Shown here piece after piece: positions 8,684 through 18,164 of a stretch of 64,000 nt of DNA. Numbering within the stretch: the first letter of the stretch is position 1; the number at the start of each line of letters is the position of its first letter. Made by a program: the position numbers and the translations under genes. Under the pieces are notes generated by a model that was given only the letters and a program-made list of their open reading frames with translations, was not told where the DNA came from and did no database searches. The DNA is from Candidatus Thorarchaeota archaeon (GTDB taxonomy: Archaea; Asgardarchaeota; Thorarchaeia; Thorarchaeales; Thorarchaeaceae): positions 24,474-88,473 of the forward strand of contig JBHLRP010000007.1 of assembly GCA_048882485.1 (NCBI GenBank). Direction: 5' to 3'.

Positions 8684-11600
8684 TGTCCCGAGAATCTAGG
8701 ACTCTCAACAATTACTGAGGGATCTGTTCCACCAGGAGAAACAACGCCGAGCCTCTTGTCAGCATGCTTCAGTAGGTGTGTGCTCTTCGCAGGTGTAAAG
8801 AGAATAAATTGGCTCCTGCGAGACGCATCATAAAGTAGTCTGCTCACTGACTCTGTATTGGTTGCATCTAGAAAGATATCTATTTCATCCAATGCATATG
8901 TTGGAGCTGGATTGAATCTCTGGAGGGCTAGAATCAGTGCTATCGCAATCAACGATCTCTCCCCTCCGGAGCCCTGACTTATCTCCCCAAACTCGTCACC
9001 CTTTATTCGGGACCTGAACTCCACACCATAAATACCCTCTCTGAGAGTCAGAGTGAATTTGGCTCGACCTGCGAACTCGGCCGTTGCTAGAATCTTGTTC
9101 ACATTCTTCTCCACTTTGGATAGAGTTGCATTCATACCATTGTGATACTGGTCTCGAATGTGCTTTACAGTAGCCTCAGCTTCGAAGAGTTCAACTTTCA
9201 ACGTGTCTACTTGAATTATCAGCTCGGAGAGTCGACCTCTTAGCCTGATTTCGGTATGAGCGACGGTCTCAGAAACATCCTCATAGTCATCAAGTAAATG
9301 CCGAACCCGCATCAATTCCTGCCTCGCTGTATCAAGTGACCTGACAACATCAGGTCTTATGCCCTTGTCAAGTTCTTGTTGAAGTCGCTTCTCCTCCTCT
9401 TCCATGTTGCGTAGCTGCTTCTGAGCCTGTAGAACAAGTAGTCGATTGTTCTTTATCATAAGATTCAGTTCTACTAGGCGTTCACCCACTGTCCGGAGAA
9501 TCTCGTTGATTCCACTCAATTCCTCCTTCAACTTGCTCTCTTTATCGCCAGACTCCAATAGACCCATCTCAAGGGTTTCAATCAATTCAGTTATTGAAGC
9601 TGCTTCGCTCTTGGAATTCTTTATCTCTTCTCTAAGTTCCCTGATTTGGTCTGAAAGCATTGTAATGTTCTCATTGTGTGCCTTCAAATCTGTCCGTCGA
9701 CGATCTTCATCTCGCTCCGTGGCGTGAAGGCCCCGCTCAACCTTTGAAAGGTCTCCCTGAAGTTTCCTCAACTTGAGTCGAATTGCTGACCTCTGCCCTG
9801 CAAGCCTGCTTCTCTCAGGTGGTTGTGAGCTGTCTAGCTTTCTCAGTTCTCTCTGAGCCTTTCCAATCTCCGCCTGCAATTCCTTTACTTCGTCATCAAG
9901 GCCTACAATCTTCTCCTGAACGACCGGTATGCTGTCTGATATCTTCTTCCTACGTTCCCATATGCTACTCCACCGCGTCATATACCCCTGCAGGTCGAGG
10001 ACCTTCTCTCTCTCATCTGTTGCTCTCTCGAGTTTCTCCATCACTTCCGTCATTTTCTTTCTTGCAACAATGAGTTCCCTCTCAATCTTCAGCAGACGAG
10101 TCTGAAGAGGTGCCGTTGACACCAATCCTGATGGTGCCTTCTTTGGATGACTTATGATGATCTTGGGAGTCACCTCTGCGACTGACCCATCACGTGATAC
10201 CGCCATGAAACCGTCTTTGCTTGCAACTCGTGATGCAACTCTGCCGGTACTTGTGAGGACAATATCGCCAAATGCCTCTCTCAGAAGCATCTTCTCATCA
10301 TCATCAAGAGAGAGAATATCCCATAACCAACCATCAATACCCTTACCAGAGGGAAGACTTGGCATTGATGACTTAGGTTCATCCCTGATTAGGATAATTG
10401 GTGATGGTGCGTCCGACTTGTCTCGCAGCCTCTGCATTAATGCATAGTCGGTTGGGTCACTGACAATGAAGGCAAAAGGAAGGTTGCCCGAAAACACTGC
10501 TTCTAAAGCATTAGAGTATTCATCACTCTCCAATAGAAGCTCCACCAGTGGTCCATTTACTGAAGTCAGATTATGCTCAGAAATCGCATCTTTCAGATCC
10601 CGCACGCCGCTAGGGATACGTTCTGATGACTCAGATAACATGACCTTGATCTCATCGGTCTCCTTCTGCAACTGAGAAATCAGACTTGAATTCTGGAATC
10701 TCCGTTCATTCAGTGTGGCTATCTCTCTCTCCAGCTGGCCCTTGCGTCGAGCAAGCTCCTTCTCATCCGTTTCCTCCAAAGCCTTCCATATGTGAGCCCA
10801 TTTGCTATCGATGCTCTGTAACTCCGCCTCTTCGTTTTGAAGCCGTTCTTGATGGCTCCTCAATAGTAGGTCCTTCTTCTCAATATCACTCTGAAGTGCC
10901 TTGTAAGCGATATACGCCTCAGTGCGAATCGTATTCCATTCTTCAAAGGCTGAGAGTTCCTGCTCGGTTCTTTCCAAATCAATTTCGATCGATTCAATCT
11001 CAGTGCTAATTTCTTTCCGATCCTGAAGATACTGCTCCTTATTTGCCACTGCCCTCTCGAGATCGTCCTTCGCCGCTGCCTTCTCTCGCTCTGTCTTCTT
11101 CAACTCCTTCTCAAGCTGATTAATCTCATTCACTGCGTCTTTTGACTCATCCTCTATCTTATGCATCCGCCTTCTTTCTTCATCTATACGTGCCTCAATC
11201 CCCCCAATCTCTCGTTGAAGTGATTCGAGGCGAGATTCTACTTCGAAGGCTGCCTTTTGATTCTCTTCTATTTGGTTTTCTAGTGATTTCTGCTCATCAA
11301 GGACATCTACTAGACCTGATTCTCTATTATTGATTTCATCTCTTAACTCGACCAGTCTGGCAACGATGTCATCAAGAGTTGCCCACTTCACCTCAATCTC
11401 TAGATCTTTCTCCTCATTCTTGAGTACGCGCTTCTTTTCCAATCTCTCAAGGTCATGTTTGAGTAGCTCAAGTTCTCTCTCAACAACCCTGGATTCATCA
11501 AGTGCCGTTTGCAGCTTTTGCTGGCTACGTGCCACATCTGTTTCTTGGACTGAAATACGATCTCGTACTTCGCTAAGACCTGTGCCTTCTTCAACCAGAC

Positions 11601-12048
11601 GACGGACCTCAATGGGATTCATCTCACGAAGTGCATTGATCCGTTCTTGAGGCATGAACACGAGGGTGTTGTCAATATCAAGGCCAAGTGAGCTGACAAG
11701 GAATCTCAATTCTGCAGCTTTCACCCGTTTTCCGTCTATGTATGCTTTAGGGATTCCATCACGATCAATACGGCGGAGAAAAGAGTGACTGATTCCTCCA
11801 TTATTCACATTCACCTCAACTTCGGCTGAATTGGCTCCATGCCTCACGAAATCGCTCCACTTGGAGTAGCGTTCCTCTCGTTGGTTTGATCCAAGTGCAA
11901 ACTTGATTGCGTGAAATACTGAGGTCTTTCCAGAGCCATTTGGTCCTATGATGACTGTAAGTCCAGGATCAAAGCTAACAACTCCCTCGTAGAAAGAGAG
12001 GAAGTTCTTGAGCCTGACTGAACCAATGTGGACCTTGGCCTTGCTCAC
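8680..12048 (-). CDS. smc: SMC ATPase of the Smc5/6 type
   Basis: Walker A GPNGSGKTS, Q-loop DNTLVFMPQERI, two long coiled coils around a hinge (NGPLVELL...ALEAVF..NLPFAFIVSD..D), signature QGSGGERS, Walker B ALDEIDIFLD, SQFILFTP. Likely start GTG 12048 after GGAGG; the ORF track extends to 12093. Confidence 0.93.
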   Translation of the reverse strand: MSKAKVHIGSVRLKNFLSFYEGVVSFDPGLTVIIGPNGSGKTSVFHAIKFALGSNQREERYSKWSDFVRHGANSAEVEVNVNNGGISHSFLRRIDRDGIPKAYIDGKRVKAAELRFLVSSLGLDIDNTLVFMPQERINALREMNPIEVRRLVEEGTGLSEVRDRISVQETDVARSQQKLQTALDESRVVERELELLKHDLERLEKKRVLKNEEKDLEIEVKWATLDDIVARLVELRDEINNRESGLVDVLDEQKSLENQIEENQKAAFEVESRLESLQREIGGIEARIDEERRRMHKIEDESKDAVNEINQLEKELKKTEREKAAAKDDLERAVANKEQYLQDRKEISTEIESIEIDLERTEQELSAFEEWNTIRTEAYIAYKALQSDIEKKDLLLRSHQERLQNEEAELQSIDSKWAHIWKALEETDEKELARRKGQLEREIATLNERRFQNSSLISQLQKETDEIKVMLSESSERIPSGVRDLKDAISEHNLTSVNGPLVELLLESDEYSNALEAVFSGNLPFAFIVSDPTDYALMQRLRDKSDAPSPIILIRDEPKSSMPSLPSGKGIDGWLWDILSLDDDEKMLLREAFGDIVLTSTGRVASRVASKDGFMAVSRDGSVAEVTPKIIISHPKKAPSGLVSTAPLQTRLLKIERELIVARKKMTEVMEKLERATDEREKVLDLQGYMTRWSSIWERRKKISDSIPVVQEKIVGLDDEVKELQAEIGKAQRELRKLDSSQPPERSRLAGQRSAIRLKLRKLQGDLSKVERGLHATERDEDRRRTDLKAHNENITMLSDQIRELREEIKNSKSEAASITELIETLEMGLLESGDKESKLKEELSGINEILRTVGERLVELNLMIKNNRLLVLQAQKQLRNMEEEEKRLQQELDKGIRPDVVRSLDTARQELMRVRHLLDDYEDVSETVAHTEIRLRGRLSELIIQVDTLKVELFEAEATVKHIRDQYHNGMNATLSKVEKNVNKILATAEFAGRAKFTLTLREGIYGVEFRSRIKGDEFGEISQGSGGERSLIAIALILALQRFNPAPTYALDEIDIFLDATNTESVSRLLYDASRRSQFILFTPAKSTHLLKHADKRLGVVSPGGTDPSVIVESPRFSGQ

Positions 12049-12061
12049 GCTTTGGTTCCTC

Positions 12062-13126
12062 CTACCTTCCCATGATTCTCCGTAGTCTGTCATTGTTCTT
12101 CTTTGCCCTCAGCAATCGAGTCAATCGATCTTCTGGAGTTCCCTTCATCAAGAATGGATACTCACTAAGGTATTCAAGGTCCTTTGAAGACAAAGGAAGA
12201 CTTGAGTTCAATGCCTCTATCACTCTCTGAGTTTCAGCATAATTATCACCGACAGCTAATAGGTAGAGTTGGTCCAGAAAATCATCAGGATACTCAGGTT
12301 CGACAGTATCTAAGCTGGGCACTTGTCTTCCCTGAATTCGAGTCAGTAAGTTGTCGAACGCCCTTTTTCTTCCCACTGGGAGAACTCCGCTTTCTTCGAT
12401 CATCCGTTCTAGCTTCTCTCTTGGAACTTCCTCCTGGACCTCCTGCAAAACCAGTTTCACAGCGAGATGCTTAGCTTCGCTGAAACTCCAACCTTCGCTG
12501 AGTTCTGCAGCATCTGTGGGACTTAGGTCTTCTCTCCCCTTGAACGCCGCTTCAAACAAACGTACTCGGTCATCAAGAGTGGCCTTTTCCGAAACGTACG
12601 CATGGTCAAAGAGAGACAGAAGCTCGGCATCCATTTCTTGTGGAGATGAAGTGGAAGCTACCAGAAGCACTTCATCTGTGTCCCAACTAACACGTTCAGA
12701 CTCGATTCCCAGCAGAGCTGATTCCCTTGTATGGGCTGGGGCAATATATTCAGCTCGATCAATGTATAGTATAGAGGGGGCATTCCTTTTCGCAAACTCG
12801 AACCAGAAACTAATCGATTCTCGCACTCTGTCAGGCCGTCCAAGGATTCTTTCCAGCCTAGGACGTACAATGTTGATTGGAATCTCTCGTGACAAGTAGT
12901 GCACAAATGCTTCGAAATCTGTGCCTATATTTCCTATCAATAACACCTTTCCGCCAAAAGCTAATCCTTTCTTTCTCAAGTCGTCGCTCAGGTTGCCAAT
13001 ATGTGTAATTGACTCATGAAAGGTTCTAGCCATCTCTCTAATGGAATATTGGCCTAGGCGGTCTTTTTCTAGATCCTCGGGCCTACTCAGGATGACCGTA
13101 TCTGCATAGATGTTGTCTTCTCCCAC
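12062..13126 (-). CDS. Degenerate, probably inactive AAA+ ATPase (Cdc48/PAN-like classical clade)
   Basis: KVLLIGNIGTDFE at the Walker A position; FEFAKRNAPSILYIDRAE at Walker B; VLLVASTSSPQEMDAELLSLFD (SRH without Arg finger); lid AELSEGWSFSEAKHL. Confidence 0.75.
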   Translation of the reverse strand: MGEDNIYADTVILSRPEDLEKDRLGQYSIREMARTFHESITHIGNLSDDLRKKGLAFGGKVLLIGNIGTDFEAFVHYLSREIPINIVRPRLERILGRPDRVRESISFWFEFAKRNAPSILYIDRAEYIAPAHTRESALLGIESERVSWDTDEVLLVASTSSPQEMDAELLSLFDHAYVSEKATLDDRVRLFEAAFKGREDLSPTDAAELSEGWSFSEAKHLAVKLVLQEVQEEVPREKLERMIEESGVLPVGRKRAFDNLLTRIQGRQVPSLDTVEPEYPDDFLDQLYLLAVGDNYAETQRVIEALNSSLPLSSKDLEYLSEYPFLMKGTPEDRLTRLLRAKKNNDRLRRIMGR

Positions 13127-13266
13127 AGTATTACCTCTCCGGCAGGCTTGCGAAACCTGACAACTTTTGCAAATAATGTCTTCGCAGTCAACAAGAATCC
13201 GCGCCGTCCCATCACGTTAATGCGCAAGGATTAAGTCACGTATTGCGTCATCCATCATGATTCTTC

Positions 13267-14979
13267 ATGAGCAGTCCGTCAGACATTCTCCGCGACAAGG
13301 TTTGGAACGCAATAACGACTGTTGAGAGTAGAGGTCTTTTCGTTCATTCAACTGATCTGACTATTCGCTTCAAGGAACGAGCAAGAACGAGTGACAAGGT
13401 AGCTACTCGACGCTTGCCTCAGATTGTAGGTGCTTGTGTTCTAAACACATTGGTACCTCGTTCTGCAATGCTCTTGGTAGGAGGACATGGTGGAGGCAAA
13501 ACCACACTAGTGAAGCTTCTTGGACGGATGATGACCGGGAAGAGTCTTGATGAGATTGATGATGGCATGCTTCGAGGACATCCACAGCTCACAGAAGAGA
13601 AGATGGTGGCTACTCTCCGTCCTGGCCCATTGATGAAGGATGGAGTGGAGGTTGTGGTGTGGAGGAACTTTGTCACAGGATTCTGGAAGATGATTGATGA
13701 AGTTAATCGTCTTACACCTCACGCTCAAAACATCCTACTTTCAATGCTCGCTGAAGGTGAGCTGAAATACTATGATGAGGTCAAAAAGTGCGAAGAGTAC
13801 TGTTTATTTGCCACGCTAAATCCATCAGACGCTGGAACATTCGAACTAGCGCCTCCTTTTTTGGATCGGTTCGGAATAGCTGTTCCGATTACAATGCCCT
13901 CCATCAATGACCTTGAACTCATTCTCACAACCCGGGATGAGCGGCTATTTGGCTATGATGAGCTCTGGCAAGTTCCAGCAATTCTCAGTGAAGAGGATCT
14001 TCTTACTATATGGAATCTAGCCGACAAGATACCTGTTTCCTCCAGAGCGTCGGAGTACATGCGTTCATTGGTCAGGGAGTTTGGCGCTTGCATTCGAACG
14101 GACAAGAGTCAGACACACGAGTTGACTGTTGAAACTGGACTCTGTGATGGCTGTCATTTCAACACTGCAAAGAGTGTCTGCAACAAGGTTGTAATTCCAC
14201 TTAGTGTGAGAGCCGCCAAAGATCTAAACCGGTATGCAAAGGCTGCAGCCTGGTTGGTTGGATCTGGGGAAGTTGGCGTAGAGATAGTGAAGTCGCTTGC
14301 CCCACTTGTTTTTTGGCATAGAACCCGTTTCACTGGCGATGAAATGGAGCGAGCTCCGTTCTATGGTGACAGGTTTGCATTCGTGGAACATCTCGTGGAG
14401 CTGGCATCAACTAGGTTCGCACAGCGGGAGGCTGCAATCGAGCTCATGGAGAAACTACGAACCGGTAGTGCTGGCAAAGATGCGCTTGATGAGCTAAAGG
14501 AAATGGGGAAGAGTGATCTCCTCGTCAAGATTGACTATATCGACTTTGCTAAGGAACTCAAAAAGAAACGCTATGTGAAAATGGTTCAAAGTATAGAGAA
14601 GGGAGTTAAAGACAAGGATGTGACCAAGCTTACTGAAGTTCACGCTGAGCTTATGAAGGACACTGATTTTCCCAATAGAAGCGTCCTACTGAATAGAGTG
14701 TCAGAAGCTCTACACAGACTAACACTCTCTCAGTTCAACATCACCTTCGAGCAATGGCAAGAACTTTGGACAGTCATAAGTCTTCGATACCCTCCCATGA
14801 CAAGTATCTTGAAGGAAACTCTCACACCTCCAAGGCGGAAAGTAGTGCGAACTAATGGGTTGACCCTCGTCATCTATGTTACTGGTGATAAGCCCGAATC
14901 ATCAGTCTTTCTTGAGATATCTGGAGGGACTGATGCGTTAGAATTGAAGAAAGAGATTGATTCGAGTCTTACAGAGTAG
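13267..14979 (+). CDS. MoxR-family AAA+ ATPase with Cys-rich insert
   Basis: GGHGGGKTT, MIDEVNR..PHAQNILL, FATLNP, ELAPPFLDRF, SVRAA; Cys cluster C...CDGC...C. Confidence 0.9.
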   Translation: MSSPSDILRDKVWNAITTVESRGLFVHSTDLTIRFKERARTSDKVATRRLPQIVGACVLNTLVPRSAMLLVGGHGGGKTTLVKLLGRMMTGKSLDEIDDGMLRGHPQLTEEKMVATLRPGPLMKDGVEVVVWRNFVTGFWKMIDEVNRLTPHAQNILLSMLAEGELKYYDEVKKCEEYCLFATLNPSDAGTFELAPPFLDRFGIAVPITMPSINDLELILTTRDERLFGYDELWQVPAILSEEDLLTIWNLADKIPVSSRASEYMRSLVREFGACIRTDKSQTHELTVETGLCDGCHFNTAKSVCNKVVIPLSVRAAKDLNRYAKAAAWLVGSGEVGVEIVKSLAPLVFWHRTRFTGDEMERAPFYGDRFAFVEHLVELASTRFAQREAAIELMEKLRTGSAGKDALDELKEMGKSDLLVKIDYIDFAKELKKKRYVKMVQSIEKGVKDKDVTKLTEVHAELMKDTDFPNRSVLLNRVSEALHRLTLSQFNITFEQWQELWTVISLRYPPMTSILKETLTPPRRKVVRTNGLTLVIYVTGDKPESSVFLEISGGTDALELKKEIDSSLTE

Positions 14980-14993
14980 GAGATTGCCGCTAG

Positions 14994-16712
14994 TTGACAG
15001 AAGCTCGGGAGCTAGGCAGAAGCGATCTATTGAGTGAGGTTGCACGCCGTGCATGGGAGCGTGCGCTCGCTGACTTTTATCATCCCCCTTTGCCTGATGT
15101 ACATGTAGAGCATAATGCAGATGCAAGCAGCTACTTCTATATTGATTCTGATGACTGGACAGTCCATCTGAACACAGCCGGAGTTCCTCCCAATCTTGAT
15201 ATGAACGAGGCTGAGCCCTACTTCAGATCAGTCTGTCACCATGAGATTCAGCATTACCTGGTCTGCCCTTATGATGCTGTGATGAATGGAATGATGTTTG
15301 CAGCTGCCAGATGTCATGTATCTGATGCAACTGCCTTGTTTGTGTGTAACCTGTTTGCCGATCTAGTTGTGGATTCAGCCTTGCTTAAGAGATATACACG
15401 TCTCACACATTCGCGTATCACATCCAATATCTTTGGCTCTTCCATGATGGGCCAAGCTCATAGTCCATTGTGGCTCTTGATAGTGTCCTGCTACAGAGCG
15501 ATGTGGGGCTTTCCACTTCCTTCAACAGTCACTATAGACAAGGAGACCTATGAGGCTGCTGAGTCGATAGCATGGATTAGCCGAAAATATATCGACACTG
15601 AGAAGAGGTGGCCCAAGGCAGTTGAGGAGATCGCTAAGATTGTGGCTCATTGGCAGCCTGATCGCGATGAGCCTCTTGCAGGCTATGGGGCAACTGCTGA
15701 GCCTGGCGAAGGAGGAGCCACAGGAACCGTATTCGTCCCACTTGATGTGGATTCGGTGATGGGCAACCCGACTGAGATACGAAATGGCGACCGCGCAAAG
15801 CGATGTATGAAAGATGCTGATGACGAGAATCTCGAGAAGGAAATGGAGCGGCTAGCAGTTGAGGTTGAACAAAGAGGTGGGGACCTTAGAGACCTCGAAG
15901 CTGTCTATCTGGTCGCTGGGATTGGTTCGAAGAGGAAAGAGTGGATTCGCTTCTGGTATAGGGCGAAGGTTCGTGGTCTCTTAAGATTTGATGTACGAGA
16001 GCGAAAAGCAGCAGGCTCCACACCGCTATCTACTCAGGTCTGGCGGCTAGGGGACCCAATTGAGGAGCTTGATGTTGTGCAGAGCCTACAGGCATTCCCT
16101 ATCCTAGTTCCCAATCTCTCTACTAGACGTTGGCTTAGGAAAGAGATGTACGGAGAGTATGAATCCGACACTCTTCCTGATCTACTGCTTGTGATTGACT
16201 CAAGTGGTTCAATGACTTGGTCAATGCGTGGGAAGACTGTGTCTGGGCCATACCACACGGCATTGGTTTCTGCGTTTGCAGCCATGGACGTTGCTCTTCG
16301 AAAAGGGAGCCGTGTGGCAGCTATCAACTTCTCGGATGGTGCTCGAATATGCAACTGGACTAGAGAACGTTCAGTTGTGGAAAAGGTGCTATTGGCTTAC
16401 CAAGGTGGAGGCACAGTTGCTCCAATAGAGAAGATCTCTGAATCTTGCGATGCTGCAGGCCCTCCGGTCATGGTCCTTATGATTACTGATGCCGAGATTG
16501 CCAACTGGAATCGGCTCATCAAGTCGATGGCAAAGCTCACTCGTCGCGGTCACAAGTATTTCATGTTCCACATCGAATCACCTGGATACGAGATTGATGA
16601 CCAAGCGCTTGTCGCGATGGCCAAGGCCGGGGTCTCCGCTATCCCCGTTGAGTCAGTGACGGATTTACCTGGATTGGTTGTGAGAGAGGTGAGAGGTGTC
16701 TACAATTCGTGA
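14994..16712 (+). CDS. vWA-domain protein with N-terminal HExxH metallopeptidase-like domain
   Basis: HHEIQH followed by NLFADLVVD; MIDAS DSSGSM, GGGT, ITDAE; 14 bp downstream of the MoxR gene. Confidence 0.85.
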   Translation: MTEARELGRSDLLSEVARRAWERALADFYHPPLPDVHVEHNADASSYFYIDSDDWTVHLNTAGVPPNLDMNEAEPYFRSVCHHEIQHYLVCPYDAVMNGMMFAAARCHVSDATALFVCNLFADLVVDSALLKRYTRLTHSRITSNIFGSSMMGQAHSPLWLLIVSCYRAMWGFPLPSTVTIDKETYEAAESIAWISRKYIDTEKRWPKAVEEIAKIVAHWQPDRDEPLAGYGATAEPGEGGATGTVFVPLDVDSVMGNPTEIRNGDRAKRCMKDADDENLEKEMERLAVEVEQRGGDLRDLEAVYLVAGIGSKRKEWIRFWYRAKVRGLLRFDVRERKAAGSTPLSTQVWRLGDPIEELDVVQSLQAFPILVPNLSTRRWLRKEMYGEYESDTLPDLLLVIDSSGSMTWSMRGKTVSGPYHTALVSAFAAMDVALRKGSRVAAINFSDGARICNWTRERSVVEKVLLAYQGGGTVAPIEKISESCDAAGPPVMVLMITDAEIANWNRLIKSMAKLTRRGHKYFMFHIESPGYEIDDQALVAMAKAGVSAIPVESVTDLPGLVVREVRGVYNS

Positions 16713-16718
16713 TGAATT

Positions 16719-18164
16719 CTAATCAGGAGCATCATCAGACGCTGTCGGTTGTGGAATACCCATCAAATATGCATGCATCGATCTTGCGGCTATTCTTCCT
16801 GCACCCATTGCCTCGATCACTGTAGCTGAACCAGTGACAATGTCACCGCCTGCCCAGACCTGTGGCAGGTTTGTGCGATTGTTCTCATTCACAACAATAT
16901 AGCCCCATTTGTTGAGTTCTAAGTCCGGCATTGTCTTTGTCAACAATGGATTTGCGCCTGCTCCGATTGAGATGATTACTTGATCGCATTCAATCTCGAA
17001 GTTTGATCCCTCGATCGGAATTGGTCGCTTTCTTCCGCTAGCGTCGGGTTCCCCAAGCTCCATCCTGATACATTCCATTCCTACAACTTCTCCATCTTTC
17101 CCAAGAATCTTCACAGGATTGGTCAACAACTTGAAGATGATGCCTTCCTCCTCCGCATGATGGACCTCTTCTCCTCTAGCAGGTAGTTGCTCACGCGCAC
17201 GTCTGTACACTATGGTGGTCTTTGCGCCCAGTCGCTTGGCAGTTCGTGCGGAATCCATCGCCACATTTCCGCCGCCTACAACGCAGACATGCTCACCAGG
17301 AGGTAATGGCGAGTCGTAGTCCGGGAATAGATACCCCTTCATTAGGTTACTGCGAGTCAGATACTCATTAGCTGAGTAGACTCCGTTCAACTCCTCGCCC
17401 TCAATTCGCATGAACCATGGAAGTCCTGCTCCTACACCGATGTATATTGCGTCATACTCCTCCATTAGTTCCTCCATCGTGACGGTCATGCCGGCAACTA
17501 CATTCAGCTCGAAGTTCACTCCCTGCCGCGCAAGGTAGTCGACCTCTGCTGCCACAATTTCCTTGGGGAGTCTGAACTCCGGGATCCCATAGACCAATAC
17601 GCCGCCCGCCTCATGGAGTGCTTCAAAGACAGTGATTTCATGCCCTTCAAGAACGAGGTCTCCTGCGACTGTCAAGCCTGATGGTCCAGAGCCAATCACT
17701 GCGACCTTCTTACCTGTTGACTTCGCCTTTGACGGAATTTCAACCAAATTGTTGTTCCGCTCGTAATCTGCGACAAAGCGTTCCAAAGCGCCAATGGACA
17801 CTCCTCCATACCTCTTGAACAGCGTGCAGTCTCCTTCACACTGATTCTCCTGCGGACAAACACGGCCAGTGACTGCTGGAAGCACATTCGTTTCTTTGAT
17901 GAGCTTGGCAGCGTCTCCAAACTTCCCTTCGCCCACTAGCTTGATGAATTCAGGGATTTGCACTCCCACAGGGCATCCATGAACGCAGGGCTGCTTCCTG
18001 CAGTCAAGACATCTCTTTGCTTCCTCCATGGCCTGTTCAGGAGTGAGTCCCAATGGAACTTCTTCGAAGTTCGCAGCACGTGCGGAAGAATCCTGTTCTG
18101 GCATCTTCGCCCTTGGAATGGCCATTCTCTCCTTTGGAGTGAGGCCATCCTTTCGCTTGCTCAT
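16719..18164 (-). CDS. nfnB: NfnB/SudA (GltD-like) large subunit of NADH-dependent ferredoxin:NADP+ oxidoreductase
   Basis: RCLDC...CVHGCP, GRVCPQENQCEGDC, GSGPSG, YGIPEFRL, GGGNVAMD, YRR, AGGDIVTG. Confidence 0.92.
   Translation of the reverse strand: MSKRKDGLTPKERMAIPRAKMPEQDSSARAANFEEVPLGLTPEQAMEEAKRCLDCRKQPCVHGCPVGVQIPEFIKLVGEGKFGDAAKLIKETNVLPAVTGRVCPQENQCEGDCTLFKRYGGVSIGALERFVADYERNNNLVEIPSKAKSTGKKVAVIGSGPSGLTVAGDLVLEGHEITVFEALHEAGGVLVYGIPEFRLPKEIVAAEVDYLARQGVNFELNVVAGMTVTMEELMEEYDAIYIGVGAGLPWFMRIEGEELNGVYSANEYLTRSNLMKGYLFPDYDSPLPPGEHVCVVGGGNVAMDSARTAKRLGAKTTIVYRRAREQLPARGEEVHHAEEEGIIFKLLTNPVKILGKDGEVVGMECIRMELGEPDASGRKRPIPIEGSNFEIECDQVIISIGAGANPLLTKTMPDLELNKWGYIVVNENNRTNLPQVWAGGDIVTGSATVIEAMGAGRIAARSMHAYLMGIPQPTASDDAPD

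Noticed and set aside
7521-12048. Wadjet (JetABCD/MksBEFG) defence system
   Set aside because: No Toprim/JetD nuclease nearby, the gene order differs, and the head motifs look Smc5/6-like
8680-12048. Rad50/SbcC
   Set aside because: No central CxxC zinc hook, a globular hinge is present, and there is no adjacent Mre11
16719-18164. Glutamate synthase
   Set aside because: GltD-like only; paired with NfnA/SudB and no GltB domains in the window
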